Numbered from the stretch's first letter, positions 19,440 through 29,981 are shown. The stretch is DNA of 64,000 nt from Sedimentisphaerales bacterium (GCA_963666285.1 OY762711.1), one strand, 5' to 3'. The notes: a model not told the origin generated them from the letters alone. Numbers and translations are program-made.

Positions 19440-21080
19440 CTATTTTATACTCCAGCCTGCCTTTGCCAGCTGCGGCATCTCCCAGCTCGCCCGGCATGAA
19501 TGACATCGCTCCTGGTCTGGCCGCCTCAGTTTACCGCAATTCGCACATGTTACCTGCACTATCTTTGGCCTCGCTATCATATATGCGACAAATGCCATCA
19601 CCCCAAACAGCAGGATGAAATACATCCAATACTGACGCTCACTTTTTGACAACCCGTATTTCTTTACATTGAACAGGTAAAATACAAACACTCCGCCTGT
19701 CAGGTAAACACATAACCCTATTTGGTTAATATATTCCAGTGGATTGCCATCCTTTATCATCGTCGAGTAATTCGCTATCGAACCCGGCATCAGAAACAGC
19801 GTCTGCCACTGTTTCATTGGTTCGGTCATATCTCTGGCAAAATACGACGCTGCTGCTATCGCCGGTCCCGGCATATTCTCTACCACCGTCCGGGCAAACC
19901 ACAATCCTTCATGGTTGTTGGCCAGATATTTTGAGTGGCTGTCTTTTCTTTCACTGGCAATTACTTTTCCTTCTTTATTATATACCGTTACCGAGACCTC
20001 ATTATCTTTCGAATACGATGCATAGAAATACCCGATCGGCTCGACATCAAGAAGTTTACTTTGTTCTTTGGCCAGCGAATCATATTTGTCCCTGCTGATT
20101 TTACTGAATATACGCAAATAATTGTCTTTGCCAGGTTTCGTTATCTCTTCAGCAGGCAGCTTACACAGCGGACTTATCTCTCGTGTATCTTCATCTACTA
20201 CATACACCTGTCCGGCATTATCGTAAATCTTCATTTTGCTATAATATTCAGACGCTCTATATAGGCAGTTTCTATTGCTCATATCAACCAGTATTTTTTT
20301 ACCATTAATTTCAATATTGCGGTACTCTTCATATTCTTTACTGGTAATCTCAGCTTCTGTTGCCTCTCTCATCGTCGGTATAAAATTAAAACCGTATTCC
20401 AGGCAGCTATTATTCAGTACACCTAAATCTATATCCGATTCATAAAGATATGTATTAGCAAAATCAATCATGTCAACTGTATCCGGCAGCTTAATCCCCG
20501 GCATATATTTGATATGAAACGGGCTCTCACCCGGCTCCTGACTTATTTCTCTAACCTTCAGTGAATATAATGTCCTCGCCTGCCTGTCAAATAGATCGTA
20601 GCATAAATATCCTTCCTTATCCCATCTTACCCGGCGGGCAATGTCTCTGCCGAATTTACCGACCTCATCTGGCCCGGATTTAGAAAAACCGTTCGCTCCC
20701 CAATAGCCATACAATTTAGCTCCATCTCTTACCTCATATACACCCGCATACTTCTCCGATGGTGTTACATTTACCATATATTGCCATACATCGGCCTTTA
20801 ACTCCTTAAGCAACGCACCTGTCCACGCCTGTTTTTTGTCCCGGACGTTGCCTGAATATCCCAGAAGGTCAAAATTGATGCTCAGCTGTGACTTTCGTCC
20901 CAACCCTTCCTTTTCATCCCATTCCGGCATAAGCCCCGAAGGTTCTATCTGGGTTCTAACCAGGCCGTACTCTGTCTCTGCGATATATTCATTTTGTAAA
21001 CTGTTCCTGACATAGCTCAACGCTATATTGCCAACCAGTATCGACAGAACACTTATTAATAATATTCTTATCTTATCCAT
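19440..21080 (-). CDS. Membrane protein with extracytoplasmic domain and C-terminal zinc ribbon, ytr-like operon
   Basis: N- and C-terminal TM segments; CANC...CHSC. Confidence 0.75.
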   Translation of the reverse strand: MDKIRILLISVLSILVGNIALSYVRNSLQNEYIAETEYGLVRTQIEPSGLMPEWDEKEGLGRKSQLSINFDLLGYSGNVRDKKQAWTGALLKELKADVWQYMVNVTPSEKYAGVYEVRDGAKLYGYWGANGFSKSGPDEVGKFGRDIARRVRWDKEGYLCYDLFDRQARTLYSLKVREISQEPGESPFHIKYMPGIKLPDTVDMIDFANTYLYESDIDLGVLNNSCLEYGFNFIPTMREATEAEITSKEYEEYRNIEINGKKILVDMSNRNCLYRASEYYSKMKIYDNAGQVYVVDEDTREISPLCKLPAEEITKPGKDNYLRIFSKISRDKYDSLAKEQSKLLDVEPIGYFYASYSKDNEVSVTVYNKEGKVIASERKDSHSKYLANNHEGLWFARTVVENMPGPAIAAASYFARDMTEPMKQWQTLFLMPGSIANYSTMIKDGNPLEYINQIGLCVYLTGGVFVFYLFNVKKYGLSKSERQYWMYFILLFGVMAFVAYMIARPKIVQVTCANCGKLRRPDQERCHSCRASWEMPQLAKAGWSIK

Positions 21081-21150
21081 GTTAAACCTTATATTTCACA
21101 AACAGTTTAAGATTGTTTTCTTGAGCTCTTTGCTTTTAGTTTTTGACTTC

Positions 21151-21789
21151 TTAAAGCGGTCTATTATTAAACTTCTCATATCCGAGATACAATATCCCTG
21201 CCGCCCATACTGTCAGCAGCACACCTGCAAACATCCCCATCCCTTTCAGATAAACAACATATATTGGCAGCAGAAACAGACCTATACTGCCAATAAATGA
21301 TAATATCAATCGGAAATCTTTATACCCGCCCAGGTTTATCCCATGACCGTAGCTAACCAGCGCCCCAAGCAGGACAAAAACATACCACTTAAATACCAGC
21401 GAAGAATTGAGTACAATGTAATCTTCATAACCGGCCTCTCTGGTTTCTATTAATGTTAAAACTAAACATATCAAGCACAGCATCGCTATACTTCCGCCCC
21501 CGGCGATAATTCTCGCCAGGTACAGCTGCCGTCTTGTAACCGGCATCGACATCAGGAACGCTGAATATTTACAGTTCACATCATTTGACGACTGCACCAG
21601 CCCAAGGAATATCGCAAACGCCGGTAACGCTAAACCGATAGAGATATTTGTAAATAATATCCTGTCGAAATAATTCCTGAACAAACTTTCAAAATAGTAG
21701 TTATAGCCCAGCCAGCAGATCGCAACTGCTGCATAGACCGCTAACACTGCAAAACTGTCCTGTATCTCTTTTTTTATCAAAGTCAACAT
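21151..21789 (-). CDS. ABC-2-type permease (likely start 21789)
   Basis: MLTLIKKE start, FLMSMPVTRRQLYLAR motif, multiple TM helices. Confidence 0.82.
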   Translation of the reverse strand: MLTLIKKEIQDSFAVLAVYAAVAICWLGYNYYFESLFRNYFDRILFTNISIGLALPAFAIFLGLVQSSNDVNCKYSAFLMSMPVTRRQLYLARIIAGGGSIAMLCLICLVLTLIETREAGYEDYIVLNSSLVFKWYVFVLLGALVSYGHGINLGGYKDFRLILSFIGSIGLFLLPIYVVYLKGMGMFAGVLLTVWAAGILYLGYEKFNNRPL

Positions 21790-22039
21790 ATTCTTTTCTT
21801 TCGTTGTATTAATCAAGGTCACGCTAGTAGTTAAATTAGTTGTGAGTAATGGTAGCCATCTCAAGAATTATGTAGGTATTTATTATTCAAAGTTTATACG
21901 TTCAGTATGAACGGTTATTAATATTTCCATTTTCTATTAGTCGCCAAGCATCGCCGCAGGCGATTTAAAACACGGTCGCGTTAGCGACACCTTAACTCAT
22001 CACTCTTCGTTCTTCACTATTCACTTGAAATTACTGCCG

Positions 22040-22918
22040 TTAGGCAGTAATTTCAACAAACATATCTTCCAGGCTCAGTGGTATATCCACGCACTCTTTC
22101 GGCTTACACGTCTCCAGGTACGCCTGCTTCTGCTCGTTCCAGTCTGCAACTGTTATCACCATCTCACGCCCGCTGTCCTTTCGGCTGATAACCCCCGATA
22201 TATACAGCTCCTCCGGGACCGTCTCATCAAAGATCACACGCATCTTACGCACCCGCGTCTTCAGCTCTTCCATCGTACAGTCCACTATCAGCTGACCATG
22301 TATTATCATACCTATCCGGTCGGCGATCCGTTCAACATCGCCCAGGATATGCGAGCTGAACAATATCGTCCGCTCGCCGTCCCGCTGTATAAGGTCAATC
22401 GCCATCTCCAGGAACTGACGACGCGTTGTCGTATCAAGCCCCAGCGTCGGGTCATCCATTATCAGCAGCTCCGGGTCAGTCACCATCGCCAGTATCAAAG
22501 ACAGCTGCGCCCGCATCCCCATCGACATCTGCTTAACCTTCCTATCCAGCGGCAGCCGAAACTCGCTCATCAGGTCGTCAAATAGCTTCTCATCCCAGCG
22601 AAGCGCCAGCCCCCGGCATAAATCCACCAGTCGCCCAACCCGATACCGCTCGATAAGATGATGACCCTCGGCAACATAACCCATCCGCCCACGTACCTCC
22701 GCCGGCATATCCATCGAGTCATGACCAAACATCTTCGTCACCCCGCGCGTCGGCGGCTCCAGCCCCAGCAGTATCCGTATCAGCGTCGTCTTACCGATCC
22801 CGTTCCGGCCCAGCAGCCCGTAGATACACCCCTTCGGTATCGAAAGGGTAATATCATCCAGGATCTTCCGCCCGTCATAATACTTCGTTAACCCGTCAAT
22901 TGTTATCGCATTTTCCAT
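22040..22918 (-). CDS. ABC transporter ATP-binding protein (YtrB-like)
   Basis: GRNGIGKT Walker A, MSMGM signature, LIMDDPT Walker B, SSHIL. Confidence 0.95.
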   Translation of the reverse strand: MENAITIDGLTKYYDGRKILDDITLSIPKGCIYGLLGRNGIGKTTLIRILLGLEPPTRGVTKMFGHDSMDMPAEVRGRMGYVAEGHHLIERYRVGRLVDLCRGLALRWDEKLFDDLMSEFRLPLDRKVKQMSMGMRAQLSLILAMVTDPELLIMDDPTLGLDTTTRRQFLEMAIDLIQRDGERTILFSSHILGDVERIADRIGMIIHGQLIVDCTMEELKTRVRKMRVIFDETVPEELYISGVISRKDSGREMVITVADWNEQKQAYLETCKPKECVDIPLSLEDMFVEITA

Positions 22919-23009
22919 AATAAATTTAGTCTCGGCGTAGCCGTAACATTCCCTAATACCTAAAAACTAATACCTAATACCTCTCAAACTGACAATCGGT
23001 CAGTTTGAG

Positions 23010-23390
23010 TTATTTATAGTATTTCTCCACCAGCTCGCCAAACCACTTGGCCAGCTCTTTCTCAGTCACCCGCGTATGCACCGCGTCAACCACCGCCAGC
23101 TCCATCTGTCCGCACACCAGCGACTTCCTCGCGGCATCATTCAGCGTATTCTGAATCTCGGCAACAAACGTGCCCGAACCCGCCCGCGTCGTTATCACGC
23201 CTTCCTGCTCAAGCTGCCGGTACGCCTTCGCGATCGTATTCGGGTTGATCACTATCTCAGCCGCTAACTGCCTAACTGGCGGTATCTTATCACCAGCCCG
23301 CAGCCGACCCAGCGCCGCATCACGCTTAACCTGGTCAACTATCTGCTGATACACAGGCCGGTCTGATAAATTGTCAATCTTTATATGCAT
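23010..23390 (-). CDS. GntR/YtrA-subfamily regulator
   Basis: PVYQQI...PPVRQLA...NPNTIAKAYRQLEQEG...GSGTFV; short C-terminal domain; heads the ABC operon. Confidence 0.95.
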   Translation of the reverse strand: MHIKIDNLSDRPVYQQIVDQVKRDAALGRLRAGDKIPPVRQLAAEIVINPNTIAKAYRQLEQEGVITTRAGSGTFVAEIQNTLNDAARKSLVCGQMELAVVDAVHTRVTEKELAKWFGELVEKYYK

Positions 23391-23574
23391 AATTTAAGGT
23401 AACTTAGCCGTCCCCGTCAAAAATCTTGAGCTCGTCAAAGGGGCTGAGCAATAAAATAATAATCTCGCCAAAGGCACTTCGCTATGCGTCAGTTTTTAAA
23501 ACAAGGTTGCAACAGCGACACCATTTTACACTTTGCACTTTCTTAGGAGAGGCTTGCTCGCCCTGAATTAAAAC

Positions 23575-23624
23575 TGTACTACTTTAACTATTACAATTAT
23601 TACACACTTTCCCGCCCTTGTCAA
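23575..23624 (-). promoter_or_regulatory. ytrA promoter with YtrA-type operator
   Basis: Palindrome TGTAcTA-ctttaac-TAtTACA at 23575-23595; minus-strand TTGACA at 23619-23624 with TAATAAT -10 region abutting the operator. Confidence 0.7.
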
Positions 23625-23983
23625 ATAACAAAATTTAAAAAATCCCTGAGTATGTGTCCTCACTCAAAAGTCGAATTAGATGTGTACTATTTGAACGCAT
23701 AGGCATAAAACCCAATAAATTAAGGCTTATTGTAAGTTACTCAAACTAACCGATCAGAATCTACATACTACTGTAACATGTTTTTAGACAATACATTAAG
23801 CTCAAATTTAAATTAGCCTGCCGCCTGCCCTGAGTTCATCGAAGGGCCGCGGCTTTCCTCCCCTTATGCCTTATCCCTTATCTCTTATGCCTCTCAAACT
23901 AACCATCGTTCAGTGTGAGTAAGTTATTATACTATAAAGAGATAAATCATTCAAATTACCTTGGACAGCAACTTTCCTTTTCC

Positions 23984-24751
23984 TATTCTACTGCTCATCT
24001 GCCAATCGCTTTCCATTTTTTCTTTCTTTATCGGTGTGCATCGGTGCTCATCAGCGGTTCTCTTATAAGGCGTAACCGTTTAATACATTTTAAATTCATC
24101 CATCATCAATTTATCAACATTTCGAGAGAATCTAACATACGCGTCAGCTTTAAAATGAGTCGTCCCGATGTACATCGGGACACCTTAATTTTTCACTTTT
24201 AATTTTTCATTTTTAATTTAGCGAAGCTCGCCGCTCCTCTAAACTTTTCAGACTTCAGACAGATACTGCAATTTTGATATAAAATTTACTCACGCGTCAG
24301 CTTTAAAATGAGTCGTCCCGATGTATATCGGGACACCTCCTTTACTCTTTTTATTTTACACTTTACACTTCAGATGCCGCGGAGCGGCATCTGGTCTGCC
24401 CAGCAGTGAAAAACGGGCAGATTACCTCAGAACTGTTTTCTGTCGTTGTCTCTCCGTGGCCCGCCGCGCACCTTCCGTTGGTCGCCGCGCTATCGCCGCG
24501 TAGTCTCCGTAGGTATGCCGTAAGGTAAGAAGAGCTCTTCTCGCCGCCGCGCTAATCCGTTGGGCCTCCGTAAGCCGCCGTTGCCCGTCGCGCTGTCTCA
24601 ATAGCCCGCCGTCGATCGGCGTTCGCCGGAACGAGCCGCCGTTTCTCTTTGTACCGCCGCATGGTCGGCGATACCCGCCCGTCGGCCTCCGCGTGTTTGC
24701 CGTTATACCTCCGCACTGCCGCCGCTGCCTGCTGTGCTGAATTATCCCCGG
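23984..24751 (-). repeat. Composite repeat, inverted copy of 28328..29043
   Basis: Blockwise reverse-complement match: 23984-24073, ~24180-24308, 24389-24412, 24444-24751. Confidence 0.92.
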
Positions 24752-25056
24752 TTTTCGCTGACATTTTGCAAATGAGAAAACATCAGGCATAGCATGCAAT
24801 ATGCATATAAAAAACGAGGCAAAATAACGGGCAAAATGAGGAAAAATTAATTTTATACCTCCAGGTTAAAATAAATTGTTTGATATTTGGATTAATAAAG
24901 AACTTAAATAATAGTAAAACGATATTTATATATGGCCGATAATGGCTATAATATGTGAAGAAATTGGACTTAGATGCTCACACATGCATCAAGCTGCTAA
25001 AAAATGCGGTTATTTTGTGCGTGTGGGTACAATTACGGAAGGCTAGAAAAAATATA

Positions 25057-25608
25057 ATGTTGAAATTGTCAGATAACCCGGCAATTATCTTTCCAGATGA
25101 TTGTCTTAACGGGGACGAAAATACCGGTCTATGGTGGGTAGCGCATACTAAAGCTCGTAACGAAAAGGCTTTAGCGTGGCAGCTGCTAAAAATGGAGATT
25201 ACTTATTTTCTGCCGCTGGTAGAAAAAACCAGCATCAAGGGCAAACGAAAATTCAAATCTCTGCTGCCGCTTTTCGGCGGCTACCTGTTCTTTTGCGGTG
25301 ACGATGAAGATCGATACAAAGCTCTTACTACCAATAGGATAGCAAATGTTATCCCGGTAGCAGATCAGGAAAGTTTCGTCAGCCAGCTTCGCGATGTCTA
25401 TACGGCATTAACCTGCGGTGCTGAAGTTGACCCGTTCCCGTCTGTTGTCGAAGGTAAGCGCTGCGTCGTTACCTCCGGACCGCTCAGAGGCGTTGAAGGT
25501 ATTGTGGAAAAGAAAGAATCGGTTACCAGGATCCTGCTAAAGGTCGATATTCTCGGCCAGTCAGCTGCGGTTACTATCGACCCGGCATTTTTGGAACCTG
25601 TCAGCTAA
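25057..25608 (+). CDS. NusG paralog transcription antiterminator (RfaH/UpxY/LoaP-like); likely ATG 25057
   Basis: WWVAHTKARNEK, PLFGGYLF NGN domain; KOW VTSGPLRGVEGIV. Confidence 0.88.
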   Translation: MLKLSDNPAIIFPDDCLNGDENTGLWWVAHTKARNEKALAWQLLKMEITYFLPLVEKTSIKGKRKFKSLLPLFGGYLFFCGDDEDRYKALTTNRIANVIPVADQESFVSQLRDVYTALTCGAEVDPFPSVVEGKRCVVTSGPLRGVEGIVEKKESVTRILLKVDILGQSAAVTIDPAFLEPVS

Positions 25609-25644
25609 CCTGCTTTTACAACCAGAGTTTTAAGGGATATCATT

Positions 25645-26331
25645 TTGCAGGATAATAACTTAGCAGAATCTTCCGACATATCGGAAACCGGCTCTGCACC
25701 GGCCATAGAGCATAAAATGCATGTGCCAAACTGGCATCTGCACCGCAGGCTGTACGATTGGGTTCTCCATTGGGCTGAGACACCTTATGGTGTCTGGGCG
25801 CTGGGCATATTATCCTTTGCCGAATCTTCGTTCTTCCCGGTACCGCCTGATGTACTGCTGGCACCACTAACCCTGGGCGCACCAAAGAAGTGGTTTAATT
25901 TCGCTTTTTTCTGCTCGGTTGCCAGTGTTATTGGCGGCATACTGGGCTTCGGCATAGGCATGTTCCTATGGGACCAGATCGGCGACTGGGTCTTTGCCCA
26001 TATGGAATGGGCCAAGATAACCCATGAAAATTTCGATACTTTCTCTGGCTGGTACGACCGATATGATTTCTGGATTGTATTTGCCTGCGGCTTTACCCCG
26101 CTGCCTTATAAGGTTTGCACTATAACTGCCGGAGTCGCCGGTATTAATTTTCCTATGTTCCTTATCGCCTCGACAATCAGCCGTTCGGCGAGGTTCTTTT
26201 TGGTATCCGGGCTGTTCGCCAAGTTTGGCCCTACCATAAAGCCGTTTATTGATAAGTATTTCAATTTACTGAGCCTGGCTTTCATAATTCTGCTGATCGG
26301 CGGCGTTTATGCCATTAAATTCTTCCATTAA
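25645..26331 (+). CDS. YqaA/DedA (VTT-domain) membrane protein
   Basis: RRLYDW, SFAESSFFPVPPDVLL, GFTPLPYKV, SRSARFF. Confidence 0.92.
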   Translation: MQDNNLAESSDISETGSAPAIEHKMHVPNWHLHRRLYDWVLHWAETPYGVWALGILSFAESSFFPVPPDVLLAPLTLGAPKKWFNFAFFCSVASVIGGILGFGIGMFLWDQIGDWVFAHMEWAKITHENFDTFSGWYDRYDFWIVFACGFTPLPYKVCTITAGVAGINFPMFLIASTISRSARFFLVSGLFAKFGPTIKPFIDKYFNLLSLAFIILLIGGVYAIKFFH

Positions 26332-26523
26332 GATTATTGCCAATCATAAAATGTCAGCAGCCCAAAGGATATTTATATTTACTTTGGCTGTCAGCAGTTT
26401 CTTGCGGGATTTTTGTTAATAATCAGCTATAATACATCTGCACCTTTGATGATAAGCAGCGAAAAGGTATGCCATACGATTTTAAGCTATTGCATTTCAG
26501 TACCTTATAGGCAATAATAGTTC

Positions 26524-27747
26524 ATGGTTTTTTCTCACGGCAAGACAAAAGACATCTGGAAAGTTATGGTACGAAGGAGTCGCCTTCGGCCGATACTACT
26601 GAGCAGGCCTGTAGTAAAAACCGACCATCATTCAATTACCATGGTCCCTCACAATTCTATCAGGATTACCGGTTTATTACTCATAATTGCCGGCTGCATG
26701 CCTATTGTTATGCGAATTTTGTCAAAGACCGCTATGCCGGGCCTCGAAAACCATATTGTCTTTATGTTTGAAATATTAGGCTGCCTCAATATTTTGACCG
26801 GTTCATTCCTGGTATTGAGACGTGATGTAATCACCTGGCCCGGCTTTGGCAGCGGTATCTATATCAGGCAGGGTTTCTTCTTCTTTTCAACTTTATATTT
26901 CCTGGAACTGGATTCTCTGCACGCATCCCTGGTATTAAACAGCGGTCAGAAGGGTATTCGCTGGCTGCCGTCTCGCAGTAACTGCGTGCTGGTACTCGAA
27001 CATGCCGACAAACCCGGCCAGGTAGTAATAGCAGCCGGAAAAGTAAGAAAAGAGCTGCTGCAATCATTAAACTCAATTACCGCTATTATCCGCGGCTGCG
27101 GCATGAGCTCAGAAAATAAAGACCTTGACCATACCGTATCAGAGGTCCAGCTCAAAAAGTATAAGATCAAAATCCATAAAGAAGCAATTAACCGCAGCTC
27201 TATGGCACTCAGGAGTTTACAACTTGCCGAAGAAAAAGGTGTATTAATCCTGAAGCGCAGCGGTGTTGAAACTGCTCTTTGGATGGCCCTGGCGTTGATA
27301 GGACTTATTTTATTGCCTATGTCATGGTATCTGAGTTTTAGCCATGGCTATTACAGCCAGTACACCGAAATAGGCAACTTCCTGGTTATTTTCGGCTGCC
27401 TGCTCTTTGCCTTGATCGGCGGGCTGGGCATATACCCCGGTTATGACATCCAAAAGGTTAGATTTGAAACCGAACAAGAGCGAATTCTGATCGAATACGG
27501 GGTAATTGACATCAAGAACCCGCGTCCGAGAAACCTGGTAATTAAGTACAATTCACTTGCCGCTATACAGTTATGCCCGGTGTATCTGGACGAATTTTTC
27601 ACGGCATACGAGCTTAATCTTGTCCTGGTCAGTACCCAGGACCGTCGGGTAAACCTGACCGGATATAATAAGCTCCCGCTTGCCAGGGAAAACGCCAAGA
27701 GAATAGCGCAAGAGCTCGGGATAGAGCTGCTGGACTATACTTTATAA
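26524..27747 (+). CDS. Hypothetical membrane protein with two TM-pair + soluble-domain halves
   Basis: 407-aa ORF, four TM segments, ends A..IA..LG motif. Confidence 0.7.
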   Translation: MVFSHGKTKDIWKVMVRRSRLRPILLSRPVVKTDHHSITMVPHNSIRITGLLLIIAGCMPIVMRILSKTAMPGLENHIVFMFEILGCLNILTGSFLVLRRDVITWPGFGSGIYIRQGFFFFSTLYFLELDSLHASLVLNSGQKGIRWLPSRSNCVLVLEHADKPGQVVIAAGKVRKELLQSLNSITAIIRGCGMSSENKDLDHTVSEVQLKKYKIKIHKEAINRSSMALRSLQLAEEKGVLILKRSGVETALWMALALIGLILLPMSWYLSFSHGYYSQYTEIGNFLVIFGCLLFALIGGLGIYPGYDIQKVRFETEQERILIEYGVIDIKNPRPRNLVIKYNSLAAIQLCPVYLDEFFTAYELNLVLVSTQDRRVNLTGYNKLPLARENAKRIAQELGIELLDYTL

Positions 27748-27842
27748 TACTATTTGCCATAATAGTTTATAATGCTAACTCAGACGTCGTTTTTTTTCCG
27801 CAAACTTATCCCGGTTTACATCAAAAGATTCAGGAAAAAGGG

Positions 27843-27870
27843 TTGACAATATAAGAATTTATGATATTAT
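27843..27870 (+). promoter_or_regulatory. tRNA promoter
   Basis: TTGACA, 16 bp, TATTAT with extended TGn. Confidence 0.6.
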
Positions 27871-27902
27871 GTCCCGTCTATTGTCTGTTTTGCACAGGCG
27901 AT

Positions 27903-27975
27903 GCCACTGTAGCTCAGTTGGTAGAGCGTTGGTTTTGTAAACCAATGGTCGAGAGTTCGAGTCTCTCCGGTGGCT
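27903..27975 (+). tRNA. tRNA-Thr(TGT), CCA not encoded
   Basis: gccactg/cggtggc acceptor, tagctcagttggtagagc D-arm, ttggt-tttgtaa-accaa anticodon arm, gagag-ttcgagt-ctctc T-arm. Confidence 0.97.
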
Positions 27976-27982
27976 TATACAT

Positions 27983-28017
27983 AAAACCCTGTTTTCTGAT
28001 AGAAAGCAGGGTTTTTT
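27983..28017 (+). terminator. Rho-independent terminator after tRNA-Thr
   Basis: aaaaccctgttttc-tgata-gaaagcagggtttttt. Confidence 0.85.
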
Positions 28018-28327
28018 GTTGGTCAGGGCTTTATTATTCCAGTCATTTCATTATCAAGCATCAATATATGTTTACCAGAGAGTAAAAAAAACTATAATCA
28101 GCCAGTCAAAACCAGGCTTTAAATGCATCAATTTAATCCATTTTTATGCCTGTATATGCAATTAACATAGCCGGTAATATTAAAATACAATTCACATACC
28201 TATTGCGTGCCGACCTTATCCGTTACGCATAATTTCCAAACGATTATTTGTTATTTGGTAGTACCAGGTCGGTAATAATCCCAAATTTATCAATGCTGAA
28301 GTATAACTTTTTAAATGGTAACGGAAG

Positions 28328-29043
28328 CCGGGGATAATTCAGCGCGGCGGGCAGCGGCGGCTGTGCGGAGGTATAACGGCAAAAACGCGGAGGCCGACGG
28401 GCGGGTAACGCCGACCATGCGGCGGTAAAAAGAGAAACGGCGGCTCGTCCCGGCGAACGCCGACCGACAGGCGGTTATTGAGACAGCGCGACGGGTTACG
28501 GCGGCTTACGGAGGGGCAACGGATTAGCGCGGCGGTGAGAAGAGCTTTTCTGCTATAGCGGCGGGTATGCGGAGACTATGCGGCGATAGCGCGGCGGCCA
28601 ACGGAGGGTACGCGGCGGGCCACGGAGAGATAACGGCGTATATTTACCATGAGCCAATTCGGCCATTTTTCACTGCTGGGCTGACCAGATAATTGAGTGA
28701 AGAACGAAGAACGTATAGTGAAGAATTGAGGTGTTCGCCTAATGGCTCACAACTAATTTTAAAGCTGACGCGTGAGTAAAGTTTATATCAAAATTGCAGT
28801 ATCTGTCTGAAATCTGGAAATCTAAAAAATAAGAAGAGCGGCGAGCTTCGCTAAATTAAAAATGAAAAATTAAAAGTGAAAAATTCCGGTGTCCTGATGT
28901 ACGTTGACATCAGGAATAATTCGCATTTGCGGACAACTTGTTTTAAACGGCTAACGCCTTATAAGAGAACCGCTGATGAACACCGATGCACACCGATAAA
29001 GAAAGAAAAAATGGAAAGCGATTGGCAGATGAGCTGTAGAATA
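28328..29043 (+). repeat. Composite repeat, inverted copy of 23984..24751
   Basis: Starts ccggggataattcagc, GC-rich periodic array, heptamer arrays, accgctgatgaacaccgatgcacaccgat block. Confidence 0.92.
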
Positions 29044-29550
29044 TATAAACAGGAAAGTTGCAGGCCAGGTAATTTTGAAATGATTTATCTCTCGCAAAGA
29101 CCGCGAAGATCGCAAAGAGATTGAGCAGTGAACAGTGAAACTGTAAATATTGACTAATACTGTCTGGCAATAATCGGTTGTAATTTTTTGGTAATTGGAA
29201 TGTGTTTCTGGGAGTGGGTATTAATTTGAGTGTCAGGTTTTTATTATTGTATATTGCTGTTGCGGGAGGTATATTAGGATTGTCAAGGATGAAGAATCAA
29301 ATATGTTAGAAGCACATCTTGCCGCGGAGCGACGAGCTTTGCCAAGTGAAAAATGAATGATGAAAAGTGAAAAGTTTGAGATGTCCACATTTGCGGATGC
29401 CTTATTTAAAAACTGATGCATTGGAGGGTGGAGAATTTGTGTAAAAGATTCCAGGAAAAGGGATTTTTGTTTTTTTGATGGTATTGAATAAAGATTTGGT
29501 TATTTGCCAGCATTCTTAAAGACGTATCTGTATTTAGAAAGGAAGTTGAG

Positions 29551-29952
29551 ATGGGAAAGTCGGTAATATGGATATTGTTGTTATTATTTCTTTGCGGTTG
29601 CGATATCCGAACTTCAAATGGTTACATTGAAATCAGAGATGCGATAACACATAAGCCGTTCACTGATGGTTATATAAAGTATCAATCACCAGCAATTGGA
29701 ACATTTATTTCACATAAATCAAAAGCTGTTAACGGGCGTTACCATATCGGATTATACGGTCGGAGATATGTTGTTGCAAATTTGGAAATACCAAACTTAG
29801 ACATTGCACTAAGAGTATATGATTTGACCTTTGACGCCACTAGTGAATGGTCTAATATAAGTGATCGCAATTGGAATGTTGAGTTTCTTGAAAACAATCC
29901 GTTAGAGGTTAGATGCTTGAAAATGAATGGTGAAAAAATAGATATAGAGTAA
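29551..29952 (+). CDS. Hypothetical lipoprotein
   Basis: Lipobox LFLCGC; RBS AAAGGAAG. Confidence 0.7.
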   Translation: MGKSVIWILLLLFLCGCDIRTSNGYIEIRDAITHKPFTDGYIKYQSPAIGTFISHKSKAVNGRYHIGLYGRRYVVANLEIPNLDIALRVYDLTFDATSEWSNISDRNWNVEFLENNPLEVRCLKMNGEKIDIE

Positions 29953-29981
29953 TTGAAAAATTTTGGATACATGAGGGATTT

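Noticed and set aside
24422..24799. ORFs over the GC-rich array (24422..24799, 24552..24764)
   Set aside because: The equivalent frames are interrupted by stops in the second copy at 28328-28637; low-complexity R/A/G translation.
24444..28637. CRISPR array or DGR template/variable repeat pair
   Set aside because: No constant repeat-spacer period; mismatches are not adenine-specific; no cas or reverse transcriptase gene in the window.
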